The notes below the pieces were generated by a model. That model did no database searches, was not told the DNA's origin, and saw nothing but the letters and a program-made list of their open reading frames with translations. Of a stretch of DNA of 64,000 bases, positions 14,093 to 27,600 are shown in pieces. The DNA comes from the human T2T-CHM13v2.0 reference genome, Homo sapiens. The position numbers and the translations under genes are program-made. The stretch lies in assembly GCF_009914755.1 (NCBI RefSeq), contig NC_060933.1; one strand, 5' to 3'. The stretch's first letter is position 1. Each line of letters opens with the position of its first letter.

Positions 14093-14557
14093 TTAATAGA
14101 GTGTCTGTGCAAATATAGAGGATGAATCTGAATGAACAATAAGTGAATCTGCAAGTATTATTTTGTAAAAGTATTAAAAATAAAGTACAAACAGAAAATA
14201 CAAGATTTTTATCTAAACATTGGTTTTTAATGAACTGAAGATCCATTTTCTCTTAATCTTTAATTCATTATTGTAATTGTTTCCAAAAGTGGCAAGAAAT
14301 TATCAGAATTTCTTGTCATTTTTTTACCAGAGCACAGTGACCATGCTAATAAGCCAACTGAGTTTTTCTAGTACAAATGCAAATGTATACCTTCCAGTTA
14401 GACATGATGAATTTCGCTACCAAAGGAAGAGATGAAATAAAATGTATTCAAAGTTGCATCAAGAAAAATAGGTATAATTCAAATTATTGCAGAGGAAATA
14501 TAAAACCAGTCACAAAGTTAATGACAAATAGTGTGTACAGCAGGAAAAAAGAAAGTT

Positions 14558-15127
14558 TATTAGTTATCTGTTGCAATGTAATAAATTACTACGAAACCTA
14601 GTAGCTTAAACCGATTTATATTTATTATCTCATAATTTCTATGGGCAAGGAATTTAGTACCAACTTATCTGAATGGTTCTAGCGCAGGGTCTCTAAAGAA
14701 ATTGTAGTCGAGATATATTGCCAGGGCTGCAGTCACCTTGAGGCTTGACTGGAGCTAGAGGATATGCTTCCAAGATGGCTGACTTGCACAGTTGTCTGCA
14801 GGAGCTCTCACTTCCTTTATGCTTATTGGAAGAACTCAGTTCCTTGACACATAGACCTTTCCATGGGGCTGCTTGAGTGTTCTAAATCAATGGCAGATAA
14901 ATTTCACCAGAGTGAATGATTGGAGAGAGACAGAGAGATGGAGAGAAAGAAGAAGCCATAATGCCTTTTATAACCTAGTTTCAGAATCTTCACACCATTT
15001 CTGCCTAAGCCATTTGTTTCAGGTGAACTACTAAATCCAGTTCATATTCACCAGAATAAGAATTAAGGTTGACCCTGTGAAGAAAGGGATGTCAAAACAA
15101 ATTGTGGACATATTTTTTAAACCACCG
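14558..15127 (-). mobile_element. MLT1 (F/G/H-like) LTR
   Basis: ttagttatctgttgc...cagggctgcagtc...cttccaagatggct...gtggacatattttttaaaccacc. Confidence 0.75.
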
Positions 15128-15203
15128 TACACAACAGGCTATTGGTAAAATTCATCTATAACATTTGGATAACATGTTACAGTGTCATACTATATTAAAA
15201 AGC

Positions 15204-15746
15204 AACCAGCCTTGCATTTCAGGAATAAAGCCTACTTGATTGTGGTGAATTAACTTTTTGATATGCTACTGGATTTGGTTTGCTAGTATTTCATTAAGAA
15301 TTTTTGCATCTGTGTTCATCAGGGATATCGGCCCGTAGTTTTCTTTTTTCATTGAGTCTTTGCCAGGTTTTGGTATCAGGTTGATGCTGACCTCATAGAA
15401 AGAGTGAAGGAGGAGTTCCTCCTTGATTTTTTTTGGAATAACTTCAGTAGGACTAGTATGCAAATTAATGCAGAAACAGAAAACCAAATACTGCATTTTC
15501 TCATGTATAAGTGGAAGCTAAACACTGAGTACACATGGTCACAAAGAAGAGAACAGTAGACACTGGGGCCAACTTGAGGGTGGAGAGCGGGAGGAGGGTG
15601 AGGATTGAAAAAGTAGCTATCAGGTATTATGCTGATTACCTGGGTGACAAAATTTTCTGTACACCCAACCCCTGTAACATACAGTTTACCTGTGTAACAA
15701 ACCTGCTCACGTAACCCTTGAACCTGAAATAGAAGTTGAAAAAAAA
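15204..15746 (+). mobile_element. L1PA15/16-like element with 5' inversion (minus-strand RT segment 15204-15458, plus-strand 3'UTR 15459-15746)
   Basis: Minus part encodes the ORF2 RT motif ([16 protein letters not shown]...[15 protein letters not shown]); plus part is an L1PA16-type 3'UTR ending cccttgaacctgaaatagaagttgaaaaaaaa. Confidence 0.8.
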
Positions 15747-16304
15747 CCGTAAAACTAAAAATCCAAGGAGCTTTCAAAGAAAAAGAGAAATCTGTTGGAT
15801 GAGTTTGTTTTTTCATTAATTGAAAATTTGTGGCACAGAACAGTTTTGGTTTGTTTGTTTACTGAGTGTTCACTTTATGTACCATACATAGATTGTCGTG
15901 GAAGAAACGCTAAATGTTATACCAGTTATGCATGTAGAAAGGGAGGGCATCACTAGACAAAGAAAAATGTTTGCCCCTCAATGCCTAATCACAGAGTACT
16001 TTATCACAGAATGCAGGTGGTGACCACCCATATTACTTGTAATATTTTTTTGGTTTTGAGGAAAATAGTGACTTTTTAAATGCAACCAAGTTGCAGTCTT
16101 TTCGGGTTTGTTTTTTGGCAAAGAAAATGGCAGCCGTGTAAAATGCTGCTTTTCCATACACTAGTACACTTTCCGTCAAGAAAAGCAATGCTTGCATGAA
16201 TTTTTATTAGACGACGAATGAGATTAAAATATTTTTCAGAAGTTGATATTTCTGGCCACAATTGTCTCTGTGAGTGGCTTGCTTAAATTGTGTAATCCAG
16301 AATG

Positions 16305-16560
16305 AAAGCATAGCAGTTAAATCTTAAGGAGATGGAATCGGATTGCCTGGGTTCAGAGCTTCACAGGACCATTCACAAGCTATATGACTTTAGACAAGCC
16401 ACTTAATCTCTCTAGGACTCAATTTCATTATCAGTAAAAAGCGTTATAAATAACTCCTACCTCAAAGAATTGTCCTAAAAATTCCATAGGAAAATTTATA
16501 AAAGTGCTTATGCTGCCTAATAGTTCTCACGCAATAAATATTAGCTATTCTAACAATTAC
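16305..16560 (+). mobile_element. MIR SINE
   Basis: gcatagcagttaa...tgcctgggttc...cacttaatctctctaggactcaatttc...caataaatattagctatt. Confidence 0.75.
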
Positions 16561-17359
16561 TATTATATTCTGAACTTACCTAGATTTCAATTTAGCATAT
16601 TAGACTGCTGAAGAAGTCATAATTGTGATGAAGATAGTTCAATCACCATGATTTTGACTCTTTCCCAACACTGAATTATTTCCTTTAATTGTCTGAGGAT
16701 AAAGAATCTATAAGCTATTACGGAGTATCTTTTAAAGCTATATCTATAAACTGCTATAGAATATGAAGAAAAACTTAGCTGAACCAAGTGAAACAAAATG
16801 GTGCATTAGGAATCCTTCACCCCCTCTCCCCATATAAATCACTCAACTTTCCAGCTTTGTTGTAGGTGTGCTTATCAACTTAAGGTATACAGGAGTGCTG
16901 TAATTACACATTAGTGAGGAATCTATCCCTAATTTCTGGCCTATGTTCAAGTTTAATGTCCATAACTATCGATGAAAATCATCTACCGTGAGCTAGAGTT
17001 TTTAACTTTAAGCAGTAATAGAAAATAAGGAAAAAGATGACTGGGGGAGAAAACTGACCTATGAATTGAGCTATTTGTCACTTAGCTGGATATGAGCATA
17101 TTGCTGAAGTATTTCAGCACTTTCTCTCTCTTAGGTATGAAATAACAGTTATTTTTAATTTTTAAAATATTGGGTTTTAAAAGTAAATATTTTTTAATTA
17201 TTTTAAAATCAGTCCTCGTTTTGAGAAACACCTAATGGGCATTGATCCACAAAAGCTGAGAGTCGAGTAATCCTGCTGCAATAGGAGAGATGCTAGAGCT
17301 GTAATGTACATGCAAGATCCATAAGACAAAACCGGCGATGCAAGTGATAGAAATTTGGA

Positions 17360-17600
17360 GAAGGGAGAGAATGCGTTGGGGAAAGAGGTCACCAAAGGCT
17401 CTATAAAAGAGATGAAATCTGAATCCTTGAAGGATAGTGGAACTTTTAGACATGTCAGTGGAAAGGCAACTTTTCAGGCAAGTACAACAATACACATGAT
17501 AGCAGGAGAGTAGGAAGGGTTAGGGCATGACCCAGGGACAGTGACTAGAATTATTTGACTAGAACAAACTAGTAAGGAATAGAGACTTTGATTAGAGTGA
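17360..17600 (-). mobile_element. L2 fragment
   Basis: Purine-rich gagatgaaatctgaatccttgaaggatagtgg, typical of reverse L2. Confidence 0.45.
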
Positions 17601-19329
17601 TCCGGTGAGGTCCACCAAATACTTGGCACCAAAGCTCCCATAAAGCATTCACTTATAAACTATATTTAGAAAGAGTATAAAAAAGTAAGAAAGTAGGAGA
17701 AAGAAAGTAACCATAAAAAGCATTCACAGGGACACGGCTTATTTCTTTGTCTTATTTCTATTCTCTGGTTTGATGTTCCATATTGTCAAGATACACATTT
17801 TTACTCTTCTGAAAAATAATCCATGAAGGATGTCTTTCTCAGTCAGAAAGAGAAACCTTTCTTTGTATAATAAAAGTGGCGTGAGGAAATCATTAATTAA
17901 ATTGTCATGGTGTTGTTTTTGCTATGAAATGGCAGATTTACAAGGCTTCACTGTTTGTATTTATGACTGTGATGGGGAAGACAACCAAAGTGGATATATA
18001 TCTCCATGACTTTGAGTAAAATTCAAAAGTCATTTCAGCAGTTTGAGTTAACAGAATACAATGCTATTCAAGAAATGTAAACAAAGGCTTTATTTAGTCC
18101 CCTTCTCTATTAAAAGTTGTGTTCATGGCTTAATTTTATGGATTCAGAAAATACTTATTCCTATATGATAAACAATTCCTCAAGCAGGTTGATCTCTTCT
18201 CTTCATCTTTTATAGCCCAACTACCTGACTTTATTTCTCTGTAAAGAAAGACTTGACCTTACTGTTTTATTTCTTCAGGAAAATTTATTCTTTCATTTTT
18301 GATGGGTTAACAGCCATTAAAGTAGTGATTAACAGCCTTCCCCCTTACCCATCCCCTAAAACACAGGATTCAGACACAATATAGGACAATAAATGCTTTC
18401 TCTCTTCCCCATGCTTTCAGAAGAAAAAAAATGTTCTTGAGAGAAATGTAAACTCAGATAAAAATTGCTGCTTCCCAAGTGGTGTCCCATGGTGGGGAGT
18501 AGGATGTAGGGTGGTTGTCAGAGGACACACATTGTGCATTTATGTAGTGGTTTGTGGAAGAAAAAAGAGCTAGAAGGTTAAGATGTTGATCCAGGGCAGC
18601 ATGGATGAGAGAGAGACAGTTTTTCTAGATTAGCTTCTTGAGGGTATTCTAAAAATATCAACATTCTGGATAATATGAGGGGGCAGGGGATTTTAATGGG
18701 TTTCTGTGACTTCCATGTCATAATGGCTCACTCTATCGACTCATTTGTCTCCCCTCTCTCCTGGCACCCCATGTAAATTATAACGATAGATTTGCATTTC
18801 AGATAAGCTCATACAGTATAATAAAGGGCCATCATCAGACAATATATTTCAACAAATGTTTCAGATACGAAAAGCAAATGAAAAAATGACTGACTGAAAG
18901 AAGTAGAGAAAGCTTCAGTCCAAGAGTTTTGCAAAGCTACCCAACATAGAAGAAATGTTACTTCTCGGAAGAATCTCCATGAGACTGCAGACCTGGCAGC
19001 AGCAGATATGGAATGAGAGGAAGAAAGAGCGAGCAGGCCGAAGACAATGGGCCTTGGCACAAAATATACCCTCTTCTTCTCCATTGGCATGGCCAGCAGC
19101 CAACTAGGTATTTACCCCAAAACAAAAACAAACCCCGAGAAGTTGTCTTTTTGGAGAAATGGAAAAGACTGCAAACTATCTAGTGAAGAATTAGGAAAGG
19201 TAGTGTAGTTGCTGGAATTCCAAATAAACACTTAATCTTGGCTTCTGTGGACCAAACCCCACCCAGATTAATGTCTGGCTCCCTGCTCATCACACCAGCA
19301 AATGTTCTCAGTCTCGCAGCCCCACTACC

Positions 19330-20130
19330 ATATCCACAATATAAATCCTTCATTCACAATATAAATCAACAACCAAGGACTCCCAGATATTTCATCAACA
19401 CTTTCAGCATGAATGAAAAGACCAAATTGAACAAATATAAAAATTGAAACAAAACAGAGATAGGAACAAAAGGGAACTTTTAAAAAAATCCCTCTATTTT
19501 TTTCTGAGAGATTTGAGAAAATATTGCATCCATAAACCAAGAACAGGAGGCTATGAAAATATGAAACAACCAGAGAAGAAAAAATAGTTCTCAGAAATTT
19601 AAAAAATATAATTACCAAAAAAACAGATTCAAAAGAAAGATGGGAGATTAAGGCAAGATGCTCTCCTAGAATAAATTGTAAAAAGAGAAGGAGAATTAAA
19701 GAGGAGATTAAATGAATTTCTAGAAAGGAAGAGAACTAAAAAAATGAAGAGGAGGACATTTACATAGACATAGTAAAATAAAAATTTTCAGACCTAAAGA
19801 CAGATACACGTGTCTTCTAACTGAAATGGCTACCCTAGATATAGATTCTATATATTCTTATTCTCCTTCTCTCTCTACCTCACCCCTCTTCCACTAAATA
19901 GGTGATGTAAGTTAAATCCTTATTTATCATAGAAAATTCATAAAATGTCTAAAGCAGAAAAAATAATAGAATTAAAACCAATAAGGCTTGTCTCCTAGAA
20001 AAGAGATTTTGACTGGGCAGGGGTGGGATGGTGGACAAGTGTTTTCTGCTTTTTTGTTTTGTTTTCTGTTATAAGCTATCTATACCATTTCGTGTAAAAA
20101 TTAGGCATATGTTTACTTTGATTTTTTTTA
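19330..20130 (+). mobile_element. HAL1 (half-L1) fragment
   Basis: atattgcatccataaaccaagaacaggaggctat...cagagaa...ctcagaaatttaaaaaatata and 3' end gttataagc...catatgtttactttgattttt match HAL1. Confidence 0.6.
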
Positions 20131-20384
20131 AGTAATAAAAATCGAAATAAGAATCATGGACTACACACTTGCTAAGGCAAACACCTGATTAAAATTTCAA
20201 GGGAGGTGAAGAGAAATGGAAGAATCCCTGGCTCTTTGTTCTCACTCCTGTTCCCAGACTTGGTGGTCACTCATTTTCCTTCCTACTTTCTCCATTCAGG
20301 TCCCCTGGGTCTCCTCATCTGCCATCTGATATCAAGACTCATTTAGCCTTCTCTACAACATTTGAGGCAATGGAAGAGGAAGAG

Positions 20385-20560
20385 AAATAACATTTATCAA
20401 GCATGCATTATGCTTACACATTTACCATTTAATTTTCCAACACCCCCATAAGGTCAATGTTAATCCCATTTTAACAAGGCCAAAAGAGCAAGGAATCAAG
20501 TTAGTATTCAAACTGATGTCCATCTGTTTTGAACACCCATGCTCTTTCTAGTATATTATG
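20385..20560 (-). mobile_element. MIR SINE
   Basis: taacatttatcaagca...catttaattttccaacaccccc...taatcccattttaac. Confidence 0.6.
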
Positions 20561-21555
20561 ATGCCTCTTTGTTTATTCATTTAGTTGTTAGATAATTAAT
20601 TTTTTTCCACTGGGGGAGAAAAGAGAGTAAATTCTGTGAGGAAGTCATATGTTTTGCTATAATGATTTTCATAGCAAGAAAGGTGACCGCTATACTATTC
20701 TGAGTGCTCTATGGGATTAAAGTGCAGTGAGGTGAGAACTCAGAAATCTCCAGCATGAGCAAGCAGCTGAGAGACCTGCCCAACAGTTCATGAGCTACTT
20801 GGTACTACTTGCTTTCAGTCTGTGAGCAGGAGGGGCTCAGAATCCATGAAACTGGAGAAAAGAAACAAAAACAGAAGAAACTTGACACATTGAAGATACA
20901 GTTCATTTATTTAGAAAACTTCAAAATCAAGAGTCAAGACTTCTATCTTCAGCATAAAACACAACTAAAATGGAGTTGCCAAAAACAAGAATAAAGTTAC
21001 CAAATGGATCTGAAATCTCAATAGTGCCTTCTTAGCAAACACAGCATCAACTGCCCCAAATACTTTCCTGGGCATCCGATTTGTATTTGAGGTGGCCAGT
21101 CCCTTGACTATAGTATCCTAGCTAATTTTTCTTACGACGCTTGTTCTTTAAGAACTACTAAAAGTAATTAGTTTGATGACCTGAAAAATCACTCTTAAAA
21201 TTCTCACAACATCTTGTAAAATAAAATAGCACATGAAAAGCTTTAAAACTGATAAATTCCTGATTTACAACTGTTAACCCTACGTGTTCCTTCTTCTTCT
21301 AGCAAAGTAAATAAATCTGTAGTCATGTTAGGAATATTTGTTAAACTATTACATTCTGAGAGTAGCTTTATTTTGTAGGTACTCAAACTTTCAGACAACT
21401 TGGATGAGAGTGTGGAAATTCAACTGTTAGTTGGCTGGTAAATCAACTTGCATTACCTGTAAACTTAGGTTACCGAGGAGTTTAAATATACTATCTTGTC
21501 TAACCTATCAGGCCAAGGATGCATCTTTTCTACATTTTCTTGCAGGTGATTCTTC

Positions 21556-21559
<4 letters not shown>

Positions 21560-21587
<28 letters not shown>

Positions 21588-21879
21588 GGAGACAGAGTCT
21601 CCCTTTGTCACCCAGGCTAGAGGGCAGTGGCTTGATGTCGGCTCACTGCAACCTCCACCTTGCCTCCTGGGTCCCAATTCAAGCAATTCTCCTGCCTCAG
21701 CCTCCGGAGTAGCTGGGATTACAGGCACATGCCACCATGCCCAGCTAATTTTTGTATTTTTAGTAGAGGCGAGGTTTCACCATGTTGGCCAGGCTGGTTT
21801 TGAACTCCTGACCTCGTGATCCACCTGCCTCGGCCTCCCAAAGTGCTGGGATTACAAGCATGAGCCACCACGCCCAGCC
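21560..21879 (-). mobile_element. AluSg-like
   Basis: Poly-T plus a full Alu carrying the ctcgtgatcc 2-bp deletion; TSD tcttcttactttt on both sides. Confidence 0.93.
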
Positions 21880-22134
21880 TCTTCTTACTTTTAATAGTGC
21901 CTAGAGTAGGAAGCTCAGTTCCTTATAATTATTTATAAAGGAGATCTTAGATTGAGAATGAAAGCTATGTTTATGCTGGGATCCAGGTGTGGCTGAACAT
22001 GTCTTGGAGAGACTGCTTGGGTAGTCCGTTAGAAAACTGCTCACTTGAATGTCTGAGGAGCCTCCCAAGAGAAACTCATCCAAAGGGAAGAAAGTAGGAG
22101 TAAATTTGGTTCAAGGTTAGTGAAGTAAACACCT

Positions 22135-22680
22135 ATTGTGTTGTCTCCCCATCTCATGTCTTCTCCTAGAAACATTCTTCACCCAAACGCTGCTCACACT
22201 ACTTCCTAGAAATTCCATTTCCATGCTTGCGAATAAGGCAATGGGCCACATGATCTATGGCCACAGCAGATGGGACCAGGGACAGACACCTAACCCCAAA
22301 TGTGCCAGTTCGATTCTCTCTCCTGGGAAATTTAAAGTAGCACCCAAAGACTCTGGTTAATATTCACTGAATAATCAGAAAGTCAATGTCAGCTGAGGCA
22401 GCCTTTCTCTAAACTGCACATAAAGAAGTAAGGAAATATGGTCTTAGAGAATGAAGCATGTAGCGAACTTCCAAGAGAGAGATCTGTAGCTCTAGAAATT
22501 GAGAGAGTTGCTGTCTTGATTCCTGATGCTATTGCAATTCCTGGTTGTAATCCTTTGTAAGAATTGAAATACCCCTGCATCTATATAATAAATTTCCCAT
22601 TTGAAATACTCCTGCACCTGTACAGTAAATGTCCCATTTTCACCTTAAATTCACTGGAGATAATTTTAGTTACTTGTTTA
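22135..22680 (+). mobile_element. LTR33-like ERVL LTR
   Basis: gggaccagggacagacacctaaccccaa...gccagttcgattctctctcctgggaaattt; aataaa near the 3' end. Confidence 0.55.
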
Positions 22681-23226
22681 ATTCCTGGGGAGAAGGAATG
22701 AAGTGGAAGTGAAAGGAAGGAAGGGAGGGAGGGATGGTGGGAGTCAAACAACAAAAAAGGGTCATTTTGCCAAAGTATCTATAAAATATTGAGAGTAAAA
22801 GTCTGTGTAACACAGGGCAGCACAAGGTGACATGAACTTTTCCTAATTGGAGTGATTGCTAAATCACATTTAGCCCCAAGTGGACCCAACAGGCTGAGTA
22901 GTAAGAAAATCCATACTCAGAAGCTGAAGAGGATGAGTCTTTGTGGCAGTGACTTCATGGTGGGTTGTGCTTTGGATCATGAGGGTACAGTAGCATCTTT
23001 GGTGACATTAGCAGTAGTCAGCCAGAAACAGAAAATAATAGACATGGGAGCTAGTTCTCAAGGACACATGAAATACTCACTGACTTCCAGAGCATTTGGA
23101 GGAGGAAGGGTTGATGTCCCCACACATCAGAGTGGGATGTATCCATAGATATATTATTTTGTTACAGCTACATGGAACTCATTTTTAACCCTCTGGCTCA
23201 TGTAGCCTGGGGTAACTTGTGATATA

Positions 23227-23566
23227 CAGTGGGCCCTCTGTATTTGTGGAATCTGCATCCATGGATTCAACTAAGTGCGAATTGAAAAGATTTTAAAATA
23301 AAACAGTTGGTTGCATCTGTACTGAACATGTATTGGCTTTTCTTGTCATTATTCCCTAATCAATACAGTATAACAACTGTTTACATAGCATTTACATGTA
23401 TCAGGTATTATAAGTAATCTATAGATGAATTCAAGTCTACGGGAAGATATTCATAGGTTATACGCAAATACAGTGCCATTTTATATCAGGGACTTGAGCA
23501 TCCCCAGATTTTGCTATCTGTGGGGGTACTGGAACCAATCCCTCATGAATATTGAGTGGAAGACAG
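23227..23566 (-). mobile_element. MER2 (TcMar-Tigger non-autonomous DNA transposon)
   Basis: TA + cagtgggccctctgtatttgtgg...ggaaccaatccctcatgaatattgagtggaagacag; ~340 bp with terminal inverted repeats. Confidence 0.85.
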
Positions 23567-23699
23567 TGTGTGTGTATATCATATCTATCTATCTATTGAT
23601 TGATTGAATGATCGATGGACAGATAGAGATAGAAAATTGATTGCTGGGAAGTTTCTGTTGGCTTCTAACTTCTACTGTTTTATTTATTCTGTATAATTC

Positions 23700-24530
23700 C
23701 AAAGGGTAGTCATATGACAGTCCTTCAAATATTTGAACACAATCATCATGCCTTCTCTAAATCTGTGATTCCACAAACTATACCACCTTTTATCTCAGAA
23801 ACTTCACCATTTCCTTATCCTACCTGGGTGCCATACCTCAGGCATGTCCTGTGCATCAGAATCACCTGGGACCCTTGTTAAAAATACAAAATACATATTC
23901 TTGGTCCCATCTCCGGAGACTCTGATTTAGTAGCTCTAGGTTGGAGACCAGAAGTCTCTATTTTTAAATAGGTGATTTTTATGTCACTGATCAAGCCCTG
24001 GCATTGGTTCTGACTGCTTTACCTTCTTGGTACCTTTACTTTAAAAGTAGGCAATTAGTCATCAATTATGAGGTATCCAAAGAAGAAAACTGTACTCCAT
24101 ATATGACTCACCTATTAAGGCAAAAAAAAAAAAAAGAAAAAAACACTTATTTTTTCTTCACCCAGAATCTATCGATGCAACTTTGAATTACATTAGCTGT
24201 TTATCAGTCTCTGGTGAATCATTATAACTTTGTAATCATTATAACCTTATAATAAATTAAAATTCATATGTTGTTTGCACAATTTTTGGCTTCTTCATTC
24301 TGTACTTACGCAATTTTTATCTGGAATCTAAAAGTAAAAGTTTACATTTCCCTTTGAATTGATCCATAAATATCTTTTAGAATTATTAGCTGAAGCAATA
24401 TATATGCATTCTCTCCAGCTTTGTATTATATAAAAATTATATAAGCATGCCTTCTATGGCTTCATATAAATCATTAATAGGAGTTTTGTATAGGTTAAAG
24501 AGCATACAATTCTGATGCTCATTAGAGAAA
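23700..24530 (-). mobile_element. L3/CR1 LINE fragments
   Basis: catatgacagtccttcaaatatttgaac; ataagcatgccttctatggcttcatataaatcattaata. Confidence 0.5.
23845..23990 (+). mobile_element. MER5A (hAT-Charlie)
   Basis: tgcatcagaatcacctggga...gactctgatttagtag...ggtgatttttatg. Confidence 0.7.
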
Positions 24531-24629
24531 AGTTTGCCCAAAGGTACTGTTAGTTTCCTATTGCAGCTGAAACAAAGTACCATAGTACCATAAACTTGGT
24601 GGCTTAGCACAACACAAATTTATCTTATT

Positions 24630-27600
24630 TTTATTATTTTATTATTTATTATTATACTTTAAGTTTTGGGATACATGTGCAGAATGTGCAGGTTTATTAC
24701 ATAGGTATACAGGTGTCATCGTGCATGACAGGTGATGGGCTGCACCCATCCACCTGTCATCTACATTAGGTATTTCTCCTAATGCTATCCCTCTCCCAGC
24801 CCCCCACCCCCTGACAGGTCCCACTGTTTAATGTTCCCCTCCCTGTGTCCATGTATTCTCATTGTTCAACTCCCACTTATGAGTGAGAACATGCAATGTT
24901 TGGTTTTCTGTTGTTGTGTCAGTTTGCTGAGAATGATGGTTTTTAGCTTCATCCATGTCCTTGCAAAGGACATGAACTCATCCTTTTTTGGCTGCATAGT
25001 ATTCCATGGTGTATATGTGCCACATCTTGTTTATCCAGTCTATCACTGATGGGCATTTCGGTTGGCTCCAAGTCTTTGCTATTGTGAACAGTGCTGCAAC
25101 AAACATATGTGTGCATGTGTCTTTATAGTAGAATGATTTATAATCCTTTGGGTATATACCCAGTAATGGGATTGCTGGGTCAAATGGTAGTTCCGGTTCT
25201 AGATCCTTGAGGAATTGCCACACTGTCTTCCACAATGGTTGCACTAGTTTACAGTCCCACCAACAGTGTAAAAGCGTTCCTATGTCTCCACATCCTTTCC
25301 AGCATCTGCTGTTTCCTGACTTCTTAATGATCGCCATTCTAACTGGTGTGAGATGGCATCTCATTGTGGTTTTTATTTGCATTTCTCTAATCATGTGTTT
25401 GTTGGCCACATAAATGTCTTCTTTTGAAAAGTGTATGTTCATACCCTTTGCCCACTTTTTGATGGGGTTCTTTGTTTTTTTCTTGTAAATTGATTTAGGT
25501 TCTTTGTAGATTCTGGATATTAGCCCTTTGTCAGATGGGTAGATTGCAAAAATTTTCTCCCATGTTGTAGGTTGCCTGTTCACTCTGATGATAGTTTCTT
25601 TTGCTGTGCAGAAGCCCTTTAGTTTAATTAGATCCCATTTGTCAATTTTGGCTTTTGTTGCCATTGCTTTTGGTGTTTCAGTCATGAAGTCTTTGCCCAT
25701 GCCTGTGTCCTGAATGGTATTGCCCAGGTTTTCTTCTAGGGTTTTTATGGTTTTAGGTCTTACACTTAAGTCTTTGACCCATCTTGGGTTAATTTTTATA
25801 TAAGGTGGAAGAATGGGGTCTAGTTTCAGCTTTCGGCATATGGCTAGCAAGTTTTCCCAGTACCATTTATTAAGTAGGGAATCCTTTCCCCATTGCTTGT
25901 TTTTTTCAGGTTTGTCAAAGATCGGATAGTTGTAGATGTGTGGCATTGATTCTGAGGCCTCTGTTCTGTTCCATTGGTCTACATATCCATTTTGGTACAA
26001 GTACCATGCTGTTTTGGTTACTGTAGCCTTGTAGTGTAGATTGAAATCAGGTAGCGTGATGCCTCCTGCTTTGTTCTTTTTGCTTAGGATCGTCTTGGCT
26101 ATGCAGGCTCTTTTTGGCTCCATGTGAAATTTGAAGTAGTTTTTTCTAATTCTGTGAGGAAAGTCAATGGTAGCTTTTTGGGGATAGCATTTTATCTGTA
26201 AATTACTTTGGGCAGTATGGCCATTTTCACGATATCGATTCTTCCTATCCATGAGCGTGCAATGTTTTTCCATTTGTTTGTGTCCTCTCTGATTTCCTCG
26301 AGCAGTGGTTTGTAGTTCTCCTTAAAGAGGTCCTCCACATCTTTTGTAAGTTGTATTCCTAGGTATTTTATTCTGTTTGTAGGAATTGTGAATGGGAGTT
26401 CATTCATGATTTGGCTCTCTGTCTATTATTGGTGTATATGAATTCTTGTGATTTTTGCACATTGATTTTTGTACCGTGAGACTTTGCTGAAATTGTTTAT
26501 CAGCTTACGGAGATTTTGGGCAGAGACAGTGGGGTTTTCTAAATATAGAAAACTCTTTTGCATTTGCTAAGGAGTGTTTTACTTCCAATTATGTGGTCAG
26601 TTTTAGAGTAAATGTGATGTGATGCTGAGAAGAATGTATATTCTGTTGATTTGGGGTGGAGAGTTCTGTAGATGTCTATTAGGTCTGCTTGGTCCAGCAC
26701 TGAGTTCAAGTCCTGGATATCCTTGTTAATTTTCTGTCTCATTGTTCTGTCTAATATCGACAGTGGGGTGTTAGTCTCCCACTATTATTGTGTGGGAGAC
26801 TCTTTGTAGGTCTCTAAGAACTTGCTTTATGAATCTGGGTGCTCCTGTATTGGGTGTATATATATTTAGGATAGTTAGCTCTTCTTCTTGCATTGATCCC
26901 TTTACCATTATGTAATGTCCTTCTTTGTCTTTTTTGATCTTTGTTGGTTTAAAGTCTATTTTATCTGAGATTAGGATTGCAACTCTGCTTTTTTTTTTTT
27001 CTGTCCATTTGCTTGGTAAATATTCCTCCATCCCTTTATTTTGAGCCTATGTGTGTCTTTGCATGTGAGATGGGTCTCCTGAATACAGCACACCGATGGG
27101 TCTTGACTCTATCCAATTTGCCAGTGTGTGTCTTTTAACTGGGGCATGTAGCCCATTTACATTTAAGGTCAATATTGTTATGTGTGAATTTGATCCTGTC
27201 ATTATGATGCTAGCTGATTATTTTGCCTGTTAGTTGATGCAGTTTCTTCATAGTGTCGATGGTCTTTAAATTTGTTATGTTTTTGCAGTGGCTGGTACCG
27301 GTTTTCCCTTTCCATGTTTAGTGCTTCCTTCAGGAGGTCTTGTAAAGCAGACCTGGTGATGACAAAAATCTATCAGCATTTGCTTGTCTGTAAAGGATTT
27401 TATTTGTCCTTCACTATGAAGCTTAGTTTGGCTGGATACAAAATTCTGGGCTGATAATTCTTTTCCTTAAGATTGTTGAATATTGTCCCCCACTCTCTTC
27501 TGGCTTGTAGGGTTTCTGCAGAGAGATCCACTGTTAGTCTGATGGGCTTCCCTTTGTGGGTAACCCGACCTTTCTCTCTGGTTTCCCTTACCAATTTTTC

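Noticed and set aside
24978-26273. 431-aa ORF as a functional gene
   Set aside because: It is a frameshifted C-terminal remnant of L1 ORF2 in a truncated, internally deleted L1PA7.
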